Below, piece after piece: positions 9,531-20,364 of a stretch of DNA of 64,000 bases (position 1 is its first letter; each line of letters opens with the position of its first letter). This DNA comes from Candidatus Spongiisociaceae bacterium (GTDB taxonomy: Bacteria; Actinomycetota; Acidimicrobiia; Spongiisociales; Spongiisociaceae). Location of the stretch: positions 2,816,001-2,880,000 of the forward strand of contig OZ253564.1 in assembly GCA_965262915.1 (NCBI GenBank). The letters run 5' to 3'. A program made the translations under genes and the position numbers. The notes under the pieces were generated by a model, which saw only the letters and a list, made by a program, of their open reading frames with translations, searched no databases and was not told where the DNA came from.

Positions 9531-11140
9531 GAGCCCCATTCGGCCTTGAGTGTCTCCACGACCTCGCCGACTGTTACTCCCTGAGTCACTGCCTCGAGAA
9601 TCGGCTCCACTGTGTTGCCGCCGTCTTGGGCGTGTTTGCGCAGTGCCTTGAGCGCTTCCAACGCCTTGGCGGAGTCCCTCTCAGCTCTAAGTCGCCGCAG
9701 CTTCTCGACCTGCTCGGCCTCCCGCGAGGCGGGTGATCCGGAGACTTCGATGGATTGATCATCCGCGCCGCCGAACAGATTCACTCCCACTCTTGGCTTC
9801 TCTCCTGATTCGAGACGGGCCTGCTGCCGGAAGGCTTCATTCTCTATCTCAGAGTGAAGCCAACCCGATTCAAGGGCTACCAGCGCTCCTCCTTGCTGCT
9901 CTATCAGTGAGATGTATGCCTCAATCCTCGCTTCCATTTCTTGTGTCAGAGCCTCGACGTAGTAGGAGCCGCCGAGGGGGTCAGCGGTCTTCGCAACGCC
10001 CGTTTCGAACGCGATGATCTGCTGAGAGCGAAGCGAGAGCCGCGCAGCGGCGCTCGTTGGGATTCGGAACGCTTCGTCGTAGGAAGATGTGGCCAGGGTC
10101 TGGACACCCCCCAACACAGCTCCTAAGGCTTCGAAAGCGATCCGTGCCACGTTGTTCAGGGGTTCGGCTGCTGCCAATGACCCGCCGAGTGTGTAGGCGA
10201 AGAAGTTGAGGGCCATGCTCTCGGGGAGTTCGGCGCCGAACCTGTCTCGCATCGCACGCGCCCAGATGCGTCGAGTAGCCCGAAATTTGGCCGCCTCCTC
10301 AAATATCTCGATGTCGGCGGAGAGGAACATGAATAACCGGTGGGCAAAGTCGTCGATATTGAGCCCCCGGTCTATTGAAGCGGATATGTACTCGAAGGCA
10401 TTGGCTATGGCTATTGCAACTTCTTGAGTGGCGTTGGAGCCTGCATCTCGAATGTGGTAGCCGCAGAACTCGATGGGTTCCCAATGTGGGAGGTGCCGAG
10501 CGCAGTACTCCACAACATCAATCGAGAACTCCAAGCCGTGCCTTGGCGGGAAGATCTGCGTGCCCCTGGCCAGATACTCCTTAAGCGAGTCGTTTTGAAG
10601 CATCACGCGAAAGTCCTCAGGTTTGTAGCCGTGAACTCGCGCGGCAGCCACAAAAAGAGCAACCGCTATGGGTCCTATTGAGTTTGCTGTTGTGCGGATT
10701 TGACTAACAGCGGTCAGATCGATCTTGTCTAGAATCTCAACCATGTCATCCAGGGAGCTGATGGGAGCCCCCACTTTTCCCACCTCGCCCTCCGCCAATG
10801 GATGATCGGCGTCAAGTCCATTCTGGGTTGGGAGGTCAAGTGCAATCGAGAATCCGGCCTGCCCGCTATCCAGGAGAGATCTGATGCGCGCGTTCGTCTC
10901 CCGAGGGCTGGTGTAGCCGGAGTACTGGCCCATGACCCACAGACTTGAGCGGTATCCATCCTCGGTGATTCCTCGACCGAAAGGGAACTCCCCCGGAGCT
11001 TCAAGCTGGTCGGCTAGGTCGACCTGTTGATAGCTTTTCTCGACGGGAATACCAGCATTGGTCGTCGAGAAAAGAGCCTCGAGGTCAAGGCCGTTGCTGC
11101 GTATTCCGTGGTTCTTGGATACCCGAGATGATTCAGTCAA
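9521..11140 (-). CDS. Acyl-CoA mutase large subunit (methylmalonyl-CoA mutase family)
   Basis: PGEFPFGRG, DLPTQNGLDAD, QNDSLKEYLARG, GYHIRDAG, SYDEA and DPLGGSYYVEALT motifs. Confidence 0.93.
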   Translation of the reverse strand: MTESSRVSKNHGIRSNGLDLEALFSTTNAGIPVEKSYQQVDLADQLEAPGEFPFGRGITEDGYRSSLWVMGQYSGYTSPRETNARIRSLLDSGQAGFSIALDLPTQNGLDADHPLAEGEVGKVGAPISSLDDMVEILDKIDLTAVSQIRTTANSIGPIAVALFVAAARVHGYKPEDFRVMLQNDSLKEYLARGTQIFPPRHGLEFSIDVVEYCARHLPHWEPIEFCGYHIRDAGSNATQEVAIAIANAFEYISASIDRGLNIDDFAHRLFMFLSADIEIFEEAAKFRATRRIWARAMRDRFGAELPESMALNFFAYTLGGSLAAAEPLNNVARIAFEALGAVLGGVQTLATSSYDEAFRIPTSAAARLSLRSQQIIAFETGVAKTADPLGGSYYVEALTQEMEARIEAYISLIEQQGGALVALESGWLHSEIENEAFRQQARLESGEKPRVGVNLFGGADDQSIEVSGSPASREAEQVEKLRRLRAERDSAKALEALKALRKHAQDGGNTVEPILEAVTQGVTVGEVVETLKAEWGSCR

Positions 11141-13590
11141 TATATGAGAGTATAGTGGCTCTTCGGAAATGAGGGAGGAGTAGGGGATCTGTCAGGGTTG
11201 CGACCAGTTCCGTGCCTGTCACGGGCTGGCTTGAGGGGAGGTGCACCGTTCCCCCCTCCTCCTCGTCGGTGATGGTGATGGTCACGTCGAGGGTGGCGGC
11301 GTTGTTGTCAGGGTCGGTAGCGGTAACAGTCAGCGTGTAGGTAGCCAGGGTCTCGTAGTCCAGCAGAGTTCTTCGTCCCACTGTGATCTGACCGTTACCG
11401 TCGATAGCGAACAGATCCCGGTCTGGCCCGTCCAAGGTGTAGGCCAAGGTATCACCGTTCGGATCTACCGCCGCTACCGGTGTACCCACCTCGGTGCCCG
11501 ACGATGAGTTCTCGGGCGCCGAGCGCGTGGTCGCATCCGTTCCGAAGTCCGGGACGGTCTCGTCGTCTTCGATGGTGAGGACGGCGTGGCTGATGGTGAA
11601 TCCCGCAAGGGTTCCGGACACTTCCACTTCCTGATCTCCGTCGGGCAGAGGTTCGTTCACAGGTGTCACGAAGAGGGATCCGGTCTGGCTCTCCTGACCC
11701 GCAGGAACGGTTATCTCCACGGTGGTGGATGTGTATTGTGCCGGGTCGTCGGGAAGGCCTACCGGTACCGTCAACGGATCAGGATGGGTGCCGGAGCCGG
11801 ACTCCAGAGAGGCCGTAACGGTGATCTGCGTAGTGCCGGCGTCTTCACGTATGGTGTCCGGGTCGATCGTCAGCACGATCGCTGTGGGTACCTCGGAGGT
11901 CACCGTATGCCGGGGATCGGCGCCCACTCCGTCGTGTTCCAGGGTGGCGTCCAGCCCTGCCGGATGCCGGATCGTGCCTCCGTTAGTGGCGAGAGAGTCG
12001 GCTCGGACCTCGATGCCGTTCGTGTCCGTCTCTCCGTTGGCAATCGTGTATTCGAACCGCAGGTCGGCCGTTCCGCTTCCGGATTCGTAGGCTGCCTGCC
12101 GATCGGTAACACCGATCGGCAGGTCGAGGGTCGGAGTACCGTCGGTGGCGTCGACCACCACCTGTGACGCGAACGAGACGGTCACCTGCACGGCCTGGCC
12201 GGGTGTGTAGGCGCTGCCGTTGACCGGGGCCGAGGTGACGGCCAGGCCCGAAACCTGCGGCCGGAGCGGAGCCGCCGCCCGGCGGGCCACCTCCGCCGGA
12301 TGGAGGCACCCGGGCAGGTCCATGTCGATGTCCGGTGCGATACCCCCCGCGACGCTCCGGCGCAGCGGGGTCAGCCATCGGATCACGGTAAGACGGAGCA
12401 CCCCGATCACTTCCTGGTCCCCGTTCTTGAGTTCGTACACAACCTGACCCGTGTTCTTACCGTAGGTTCGCTTCCCCGCGACGGTGGCGCGCTCGTGATC
12501 CATCAGCGCGCCGGTCAAGGCCTCCGAACCGGAAGCACTCTGGCCGTCGACCGCGACGGCCATCGGTAGGAGGGCTGGATCGGGAGCCCTGGCCCCCCCG
12601 GTGGCCGCATACGTTTGCTCGCGCGATCTGTAGACGAGGTGCATGACCACCGAGGAATCCGGTAGGAACAGCCCCGCGGTGTCGACCGTCGAACTCACTG
12701 AGCCACCCGGGTTGTCCCGAAGGTCGAAGACCAGCGCCCCTATACCCATCCCCGTCAACCGGGCCAGTTCCGCCTCCGTGTCGGTTCCTGCGGAGGAGCT
12801 GAACCTGTCGAGACGTAGGTAGCCGACGTTGGTGTGGACCACCCGACCCCGGGCCACCGGCACGGTGAACGCGGCGGCCTGCAGGGTCTCGGTGACGGTC
12901 TGGGTACCCCGCGTTACCTTCACCTCCACCGTCTCGTCTTTTTCGAAGCTGTCCAGATCGGGGATATCAGAGCAGCTGAGATCGGACGGAAGCGGTCCGT
13001 TCAGCCCGACAAGGACATCGCCTTCCTGGAGTCCGGCGCTCTTGGCCGGGCTGCCCGGGTAGACATCCACGATGGCCGGACGGCAGGTGGTGGAGACCTC
13101 CTCGCAGGGATCATCCCCATCCATAAGCGCCAGTTCCATACCTATTCGCGTCTGGATATTCGCGGATGCAGCCTTGGCCAGAGCGTACCGGTCGTTGGTC
13201 CAAAGGAAGGATTGGGAATCGAGTACCGAGACCATCCCAGCAATGGCCTCCCAGACCGCGGAGGCCGTGTCCTCGACCGCGTCGATCTCCTCGCAAACCT
13301 GCTCGAACTCCGAGGAGGGAAGGGGACACGCCGGCGGGGTAACGTCGGTCCTTGCAGCCAGGCCGGCGTCACGAACGTGCTCGGCCGCCTTCGCAGCAAG
13401 ACTCGAGACGGTGACCACGTCCACATATTCCGTCGTTATGAGACTGTACGCCCGGCACAACGGGACGAGATCCCCCTCCGCATCACCGCACTCCACCCGG
13501 TCAGGGACCGTGTAGGTGCCGCCGTTCGACTGGGCGACGGGCTCGCCGATCCCAGACGTGGCTACGGCGGCGTCGGGGAGGGCCAAGGCC
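11133..13590 (-). pseudogene. S41 C-terminal processing protease with PDZ and Ig/cadherin-like repeats, truncated at both ends
   Basis: GYLRLDRF, DLRDNPGG, SASGSE and TYGK motifs; cadherin-like PEN..VGTPVAAVDPNGD, LDYE. The 5' end is cut by IS1634 and the 3' end runs into non-homologous sequence near 11185. Confidence 0.85.
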
Positions 13591-15548
13591 GTCAGACCGG
13601 AGTTTGGCGGGTGCGTGGGGGTTTGGTTATGGGGGAGGCCGCTGACCTGGGGTTTTGCGGTGTTGGGTACCGTTTGGGTAGGGATTTGTAGGGGCGACAT
13701 ATGGTTGGTTGGCCGGGCTGTTAGTGGTATTATCCTGGGGTATGTTCGTGAAGACGACCCGCCGCCGCAGGGGCGACAAGGTGTACGAGTATTTGTCTTT
13801 GGTGGAGTCCGTCCGCGACGGATCGAGGGTCGGGCATCGGACCCTTCTGCGCCTGGGGGAGGTGACCGCTTTACGCGAGTCGGGCCAGCTGGAGCGGATC
13901 GTGGCCGCCCTGGAACGTCATCTACGACGCGAACGGGTCGATGTCGGGGCGTTGGCGGCTGAAGGGGCGCCCGGGGTGGGGGCGGTAGCGGCGGTGTGGG
14001 CGGTGTGGCAGCGGTTGGGTCTTGGGGAGTGGTTCGCTGCGGTCGGGGCGGGACGGGGCGCGAAGGCCCTGGAGCATGCGGTGTTCGCGATGGTGGCGAA
14101 CCGGCTGGTGGCGCCGTGCTCGAAGCGGCGGCTGGTCGAGTGGGCGGCTTGTGATGTGGTGATGCCCGATGGCTGGTCGGCTCCGTCGCTTGACCAGTAC
14201 TACCGGGCTTTGGATGCGGTCGCCGCCGCCAAAGACGGAACCGAAACGCATCTGTATGCGCGGTTGTGCGACTTGACGAACCTGGACCTTCGGCTGGTGT
14301 GCTACGACGTCGCCTCCACATATTTCGAGGGTTCGGCCCGCCCCTCGGGGCGGTTCCCCTCCCGGGCGTTCGGGTACTCGCGGGACCATCGCGCGGATCG
14401 GCCCCAGATAATGATCGGCCTGTTGTGCACCTCAGACGGTATCCCGATCGCCCATCGGGTGTTTTCGGGGAACACCAACGACGCCACCACCCTGGCGGAC
14501 GTTCTCGCCGATCTCGCGGAGCGGTTCGCGGTGGGCCGAATCTGTGTGGTCGCCGACCGGGGCCTGATCTCGGTAGCCAACGTCGAAGCGGTCACCGACG
14601 CCGGGTTCGACCACATATTGGCCACAAAGCTGCGCCGTGACCTCATCGGCGTCGAAGCCCTCGAAGCCATCGACGAAGACACCGCCTGGGTCCAAATCCC
14701 CCAGCGCCGCTGCCGCGCCGCCGATGTGGCGCTCGACGACGGCACCCGAGCGGTCGTGGTCGAATCCGACGCCCGGGCCCGGCGAGACACCGCCCGCACA
14801 ACGCAGATCGTCGCCGACACCGAAGCCAAACTCCGGGCGCTGGAGGGCCGCGTCCGTGCAGGCAGGCTCAAAGACCCCGCCAAAATAGGGGCAGCCGCCC
14901 AGCGCATCCTCGCCTCCGGCGGCGCCGCACGGCTATTCGACACAGAGATCGGAGCGGGCCGCTTCCTATACCACTACAACGAAGACGCCCACCAATACGA
15001 AGAACTCCTCGCCGGCCGCTACGTGCTAGCTACCAGCCTCACACCCAACCAAGCTGACACCGCCCAAGTCGTGGACTACTACCGCCAACTGCAAGCAGTC
15101 GAAGCCCGCTTCCGGGTCCTCAAAGATCACCTACGGCTCCGCCCGGTGCGGCACTGGACCGAACAACGAGTCCGCGGCCACGTCGCTGTCTGCGTCTACG
15201 CCGCCCTAATCGAAACCCTCATCAACCACGCCCTCACCCAAGCCGACGTCCGCGACCCCGACCTCGGCCACCAACACCTCACCGCCGCCCGAGCCCTGCG
15301 CGACCTCAACCGCATCCGCCGCCACCAACTCACCGCCAACGGCCGCCGAATCACACTCACCACCCGGCGCAGCCCCCTACAAGCCCGTACCCTCACCGCC
15401 ATCGGAGCAGACACCCACACCTGGGACAAAGCCACGATCACCTAACCCCACCACCAGCCGCCCACACCGCCCATGTAGTGGAAACACCCCACCCCCAAAC
15501 CCCCCTGACCAGGCAACACGCGAAACACCCGCCAAACTCGGGACTGAC
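13591..15548 (+). mobile_element. IS1634-family insertion sequence
   Basis: Imperfect terminal inverted repeats GTCAGACCGGAGTTTGGCGGGTG and CACCCGCCAAACTCGGGACTGAC enclose the transposase. Confidence 0.85.
13742..15445 (+). CDS. IS1634-family DDE transposase
   Basis: YLSLVESVR, CYDVASTYFEG, GYSRDHR, VADRG, VEARFRVLK..LRLRPVRHW. Confidence 0.93.
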   Translation: MFVKTTRRRRGDKVYEYLSLVESVRDGSRVGHRTLLRLGEVTALRESGQLERIVAALERHLRRERVDVGALAAEGAPGVGAVAAVWAVWQRLGLGEWFAAVGAGRGAKALEHAVFAMVANRLVAPCSKRRLVEWAACDVVMPDGWSAPSLDQYYRALDAVAAAKDGTETHLYARLCDLTNLDLRLVCYDVASTYFEGSARPSGRFPSRAFGYSRDHRADRPQIMIGLLCTSDGIPIAHRVFSGNTNDATTLADVLADLAERFAVGRICVVADRGLISVANVEAVTDAGFDHILATKLRRDLIGVEALEAIDEDTAWVQIPQRRCRAADVALDDGTRAVVVESDARARRDTARTTQIVADTEAKLRALEGRVRAGRLKDPAKIGAAAQRILASGGAARLFDTEIGAGRFLYHYNEDAHQYEELLAGRYVLATSLTPNQADTAQVVDYYRQLQAVEARFRVLKDHLRLRPVRHWTEQRVRGHVAVCVYAALIETLINHALTQADVRDPDLGHQHLTAARALRDLNRIRRHQLTANGRRITLTTRRSPLQARTLTAIGADTHTWDKATIT

Positions 15549-15551
15549 CGA

Positions 15552-16115
15552 ATGATGGTGGCCGACATCGCACGTCGAATCGTCCACGAGATCCGCGTTC
15601 GCGACCTAGAGCACGCCCAGCGCTCGAGGCAGGTCTTGACGGAGGGAGGCCTGCTCGAGTACTTCCACGCTACGGCCATCCCCGATGAGGGGAACTTAGG
15701 CGTAGCTGTACCGGGCAGATTATCGCAAATGTGGACCGAAGGACCCTTAGCCCCCTACTTGGAGATCAGCCTCGGCACAGGTCACATACCCCAGAAGGGT
15801 TTCCTTGACAAAGATCAATGCCGACAGTTACTGGCACAGATCGAGATCATCGAGAACGGCGAACAGCCGATCCAGGTAGCCGCCCTGGAGTTCTCCAACG
15901 TCTTTCTGGCGCTGTCGTGGCTCCCCAACCAACCTGGCAACGATTCGTTCACACTGGGTTTGTTCCCGCACGTAGAGGAGGCGGCTGGCGGTCCCCTCAT
16001 CGCTGACAACATCTGCGAGGTGGGATGGCGGGACTTCCGTGCCCTGATAGCGGAAGTCGCCAACGACTCGCGTCCAACCCAAGAGGAGTGGCAGCGGCAG
16101 AGCAGAGAACTCTAG
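15552..16115 (+). CDS. Hypothetical protein, probably a 5'-truncated fragment abutting the IS end
   Basis: 187-aa ORF with protein-like composition starting right after the IS terminus; no motif recognised. Confidence 0.45.
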   Translation: MMVADIARRIVHEIRVRDLEHAQRSRQVLTEGGLLEYFHATAIPDEGNLGVAVPGRLSQMWTEGPLAPYLEISLGTGHIPQKGFLDKDQCRQLLAQIEIIENGEQPIQVAALEFSNVFLALSWLPNQPGNDSFTLGLFPHVEEAAGGPLIADNICEVGWRDFRALIAEVANDSRPTQEEWQRQSREL

Positions 16116-16344
16116 CGTGCTGGTCGGGCCGGGCTGACCCGAACCGAGAACTCTGCCGACAGGATCCATAACCACCGCAACGTCGATATCCCTCGAACGT
16201 GGATATTCCGATGGGTGCCCACTCCACCAATAGAACCGATCCGACTCCCCCACCATCCGTTCTGTCCCCCGTCTTGGCCATGAACTCCCGTACCGACCTT
16301 GTCAAGGCCGGTTGGAGTGCCTACGGATTGATGGGGCCGCTCGC

Positions 16345-16470
16345 CGCTCCGGCGGTCAAAACCCGTACCAAGGCCGCTAACCAGATCCATTCCCTGGTGG
16401 TTACCGCCCCAGAGCCGCTAAAGGCCAGCTAAGGGGCATGAATCTCAAAGCTCGCGTCAAGGTTTGTGCC
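16345..16470 (+). pseudogene. IS110-family transposase remnant
   Basis: AVKTRTKAANQIHSLVVTAPEPLK..*..NLKARVKVCA resembles the coiled-coil region of actinobacterial IS110 transposases. Confidence 0.6.
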
Positions 16471-16506
16471 GTAACAGTGACCATCTCTTTTAGTCGTACT
16501 CGGCGG

Positions 16507-18453
16507 TCACGAGACTTCATCGTCGATAAGTCCGTATGGCGGCCTTTCAGGGTCGCCGCTGTAACGAACAACGATATACGGCTCCGCCGCAGGCCGTGGT
16601 GCGTTGTCGGCGAGGATCAACTGCTGACCGGCGCCGCGATTGGATACCCATTCAATGAGGTGCGCATAGACGGAATCCGCGATGATTTCGCCATCAAAGT
16701 CTGGTTCCTCCTCTGACATGAGGTTCTTTTGGGGGCTGTCGATCATGAGGAAGCCGGGATGCTGTGCATCTTGCTCGACGGCTTCTTCGAATATTGACAG
16801 ATGCCAGGCCAGGGAAATCAGCGTGGTTGCGCCTGCGCTTCCGAGGGTGCTGTAGCGCATGTCGCGGACATAGGGCGTGAAGGAACTGTCTATTCGTGGC
16901 CCCTCCAGTTTGGGGAAATTGAAGTCGTCCAAGATTGATGCGAATCGTGAGGACAACGCCGCGACGACGTGGTCACCCTCCTGCCCATCGGTACGGAGTC
17001 GGTTGATTCGTGTCTGGAGTCGCTCCTCGTCCACCCGCAGTTTGGTGAGTCGGACTCGTCTTGAGTCGAGTCCCGCGACCAGTGCGCGTGTTCGTGCGAT
17101 ATCGCTGATCCGCTGCTGGCTATCGGTCAACCGATCGCGGATGATGTCTCGCTGCGCGATGAATGGTGCAAGTCGGGCCGCGACCGCATCGTCGATTTCC
17201 GTGCGAGCATGATCACGAAGATCGGTGGCCTTGATGAGCTCCATTTGCGCGGTAGCGACTTCGTTGTCGATCTCATCCATCGACCTGCTGAGTTCTTGGA
17301 GTTTTGTCTTGGTTGTGCGGATTTCTTTGGTTACGTCGAAGGCTGAGTCTGCATCCAAACCTTCGGTTGGCTGATAGCAAAGCCCACAGGTTCCGCCGCT
17401 CGGGCCGGCGGGTTCAGCGAGGGGTTGGAGACAGGAGGGACAGGTGGCAAGGGCCAGCGGATCAAAAAGCCTACCTGCCTCAGCTGCGAAGCGCAGCTTC
17501 GAGAGGTCATCTGCATACTGAGCTCGTAGTGCTCCCAAGCGCCGCACAAGAATAGTTCGATCCCTGACGATGGCCGTCAGCCGCGCGACAGAGGCGGATG
17601 CAGCGTCGTACTGGCTGCGCAACTCATCGGCCGAGGCCGTTTCGCATGCCATCTCTGCCTCGAGTTGGGCGAGAGCACTTCTGCTCTCGATGAGCTCTTG
17701 TTCGGCTGAGCGCTCATCTGCAGCGAGATCGCCGTCTTCGTTGACACCTTGTTCGCTCAGGAAGCTCGAGATTGTGGTGATATCGCCTTCTAGGCGCTCG
17801 ATGGCGCTGCGGAGTGCCTTAAGACGCGCGTTGGCGTCGACAAGTGCATCGTCGTGTGTGCCGAAGACTACGTTGATGGTTTGACGGAGCTTGAGACGAC
17901 GGGGGAAATGCTTCTCATGGAGCAACTCGAGATTGTCCATCCGGCGGTGAGGAAGGAAAAATAGGTTATTGAGATCCCTGAAGCTGAGAGGGTCAACCGC
18001 TGAGGCGTCCTGCGTTGGCGCCTGCTTTAGGCTCCGTCCCGCTAGCCCTACGGCGTCCAGCAGAAACGTCGAGAGTGAGTCGCGATCGCTAGCCGGCCGA
18101 ATTTTCCGCTCCTCGATGTCGTGGAAGTCGTGGGAAAGTCCTGCGAGTGGGGCGTGGTGAACGTGGGCCTTGGAGGAGGACCAGAGGGGGCGCTCGATGA
18201 CGGCAACCTTGTCGCCATACTCGATTTCGATCAGCGCGGAGCGGGCTCGTCGTTGTATCTCGGGGTGGCGCGGGTGGTCTTTGGCCCCCAGGCAGTAGTC
18301 GATTAGCTCGAGGGCTGATGTCTTGCCTGTCGCGATCTGGCCCGCAATGATGTTGAGCGCCCGTACGGATCCATCGGGGTTTAGAAAGCTCACGTCGTAG
18401 GTTCGCCCGGCGCCGCGAAGCTGGAGATGACGGATCCTGATCCCGACGGTCAT
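16507..18453 (-). CDS. SMC/Rad50-like ABC ATPase of a Lamassu / ABC-three-component system (LmuB-like)
   Basis: Walker A GQIATGKT, coiled coils with central CPSC/CGLC, signature-like LGSAG and Walker B FLMIDSP. Confidence 0.85.
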   Translation of the reverse strand: MTVGIRIRHLQLRGAGRTYDVSFLNPDGSVRALNIIAGQIATGKTSALELIDYCLGAKDHPRHPEIQRRARSALIEIEYGDKVAVIERPLWSSSKAHVHHAPLAGLSHDFHDIEERKIRPASDRDSLSTFLLDAVGLAGRSLKQAPTQDASAVDPLSFRDLNNLFFLPHRRMDNLELLHEKHFPRRLKLRQTINVVFGTHDDALVDANARLKALRSAIERLEGDITTISSFLSEQGVNEDGDLAADERSAEQELIESRSALAQLEAEMACETASADELRSQYDAASASVARLTAIVRDRTILVRRLGALRAQYADDLSKLRFAAEAGRLFDPLALATCPSCLQPLAEPAGPSGGTCGLCYQPTEGLDADSAFDVTKEIRTTKTKLQELSRSMDEIDNEVATAQMELIKATDLRDHARTEIDDAVAARLAPFIAQRDIIRDRLTDSQQRISDIARTRALVAGLDSRRVRLTKLRVDEERLQTRINRLRTDGQEGDHVVAALSSRFASILDDFNFPKLEGPRIDSSFTPYVRDMRYSTLGSAGATTLISLAWHLSIFEEAVEQDAQHPGFLMIDSPQKNLMSEEEPDFDGEIIADSVYAHLIEWVSNRGAGQQLILADNAPRPAAEPYIVVRYSGDPERPPYGLIDDEVS

Positions 18454-19004
18454 ATCAGCACCTCGCTGTCCAGTAAGCCATCATCCAAGCCGATGAGATC
18501 GAGGCCGAACCGTTCGGCCCGTAACCACACCTGAGCACTCTTCCGAAGGCTGCTGTCTGAGAGTTTGCGAAGCGTGGGTAGTGAAATGGAAATAGAGCGG
18601 CGCAATCCGTCGGCGTATGCAGCTCTGAGTTCGGCAGCCGAGGAGACCCCCAACTCGGTTAACTCGTACTTCACCAAGCCGCCGGCGACGATCGGATACA
18701 CGAGGCCGTATGCAACCAGTGATGCGATGTCGGCACGTATCCGTTGTCGCCGATTTGCGAATCGCTGCGCAGCGGATTGGTGATCGATCGTCCGCGAGTC
18801 GAAGCCCGCCATTACCAGCGCAGTTCGATCTACGGTGTCGATCGAATCGATGAGCATCGGGTTCGCCAGAAAAAAGTCGTAGTAGGCGAGGCGCTCAACA
18901 GTGACCGAGCTAGCGATTCCCTCGAGGACGACAAGTAGTTGCGCGACTCGAAAGGCAGGCAAGTCTTCGGGGAGAATGGTCGTCGGGATCGTTTCAGAAT
19001 CCAT
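18450..19004 (-). CDS. ABC-3C middle component (LmuC-like)
   Basis: About 184 aa, overlaps both the effector and the ATPase genes; RLAYYDFF and wHTH-like YELTELG. Confidence 0.75.
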   Translation of the reverse strand: MDSETIPTTILPEDLPAFRVAQLLVVLEGIASSVTVERLAYYDFFLANPMLIDSIDTVDRTALVMAGFDSRTIDHQSAAQRFANRRQRIRADIASLVAYGLVYPIVAGGLVKYELTELGVSSAAELRAAYADGLRRSISISLPTLRKLSDSSLRKSAQVWLRAERFGLDLIGLDDGLLDSEVLI

Positions 19005-20061
19005 ATTCGGCAGCGATCTGTTGGAAGTTTCGCACCCAGCCGAGCATGCCGTTGTCACATAGTTGATGTGCGATTCCGAAATGGTGAACTGATCGGGAAC
19101 GAAGGTAGGTCGGTGGGCTTGCGTTATAACCGTTCTCGATAGCAGCCATCGTTTGGCCGTGTAGGCCAGGAAGCAGGTTGCCGTCTGTTCCGGAACAGAC
19201 GGCGTCGTATCTGTGGGCCCACAGAGAATGGACAGTCACGCGGGCAGCCAACAGTTCGCTCAACTCGGACTCATCCTTCTTTGCGTAGACGTCGCGCTCC
19301 AAGATCTCGGCATTGAAGAATTCCAGCTTCGCGGTCTCTACCTGGCTGATCTTTCCTACTCGGAGCTGCGCCACGAACAACGAATTCTCGTATACGCTGC
19401 CGTCAGGAATCGAACTGATGTCGCGAAGTCTCGGGCGGTCGTCCGCATTCGGGAAGTAGTACCTACGAACCCCTTCGGCTGGCTCTCGTAACAGTCGACG
19501 CTTCAGTTGGGTCGAGGACCACAGCTCACACGCCAGTCCATGTCTCCGTCGCATCCTCCGACAGAGCCCGGCCCACCACTTCATGGCCGAGGGCTCAAGG
19601 TCGATTGGAACGCACAGGGTCCACGCCCTCACTACGTACCCGTTCTCGCCGGCCTTCTTCAGCATCGTGTTGAGGGATTTCGTGATCTGAGTCTTCTGAG
19701 ACTGGTCGAACTTCTCGATGAAGTACTTCGCCTGCCACACCGATACAACGTCGTCGAGTTCGCCGACTAGCCCGTCTATCCCCCAGTCTCCAGGCAGAGG
19801 CCGCAAGTTCTGGACCTGCGGATAGTCGATACCGACGAGCTGAACCACCATTTCCTCAAACAGTGCCCTTCCACCCTCATCGGAGCCCGCTCGGTTACGG
19901 AGGTACGCGAAGTCAATGATCCCGGTCGGCAGCAACGCCGGCCCATCGCGAAGGATGTCGTTCGAGGCCTGGTCAGTGCTGTCGGTTCCCTTCCCACCCA
20001 CCGTCAACCTGAGTACCACTTCCATGGTCGCATGGTGCGATAGTAATCGGACCATCGGCAC
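18994..20061 (-). CDS. ABC-3C/Lamassu effector with an Mrr-like PD-(D/E)xK nuclease (LmuA-like)
   Basis: FEEMV...GDWGIDG...WQAKYF nuclease motif; C-terminal GIAHQLCDNGMLGW of the ABC-3C CTD type. Confidence 0.78.
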   Translation of the reverse strand: MPMVRLLSHHATMEVVLRLTVGGKGTDSTDQASNDILRDGPALLPTGIIDFAYLRNRAGSDEGGRALFEEMVVQLVGIDYPQVQNLRPLPGDWGIDGLVGELDDVVSVWQAKYFIEKFDQSQKTQITKSLNTMLKKAGENGYVVRAWTLCVPIDLEPSAMKWWAGLCRRMRRRHGLACELWSSTQLKRRLLREPAEGVRRYYFPNADDRPRLRDISSIPDGSVYENSLFVAQLRVGKISQVETAKLEFFNAEILERDVYAKKDESELSELLAARVTVHSLWAHRYDAVCSGTDGNLLPGLHGQTMAAIENGYNASPPTYLRSRSVHHFGIAHQLCDNGMLGWVRNFQQIAAEYGF

Positions 20062-20364
20062 CCAGGGTGAATACTGATCGTACGAGGGCTCCGAGCAATT
20101 GTGAAACAGAGCGTATGCTACTATATGGTTGGTTCCAAGGGTTAGTGGTCGTATGCGATGAGGGAGCGGGAGGGGGGCTTGGTCGTTGGGTGGTCTCGTT
20201 GTGCGGGGTTCCAGCAGTTTCTGGCGGAAACGGTTTGCCTACGACCCGTCCGGGCGCGTCGAGGGGGACAGTGGCCACGAACCACCGCACCGTCTGACCG
20301 TCTAAGGCACTTCTTTGAGCCCATCGATCTAGACCGGCCTGGGGTACGGGAGTAGGTGGTTAGG

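Noticed and set aside
13591-14321. Pro/Arg-rich N-terminal extension of the 1062-aa ORF 11133..14321
   Set aside because: It is antisense read-through of the IS1634 left end, not part of the protease.
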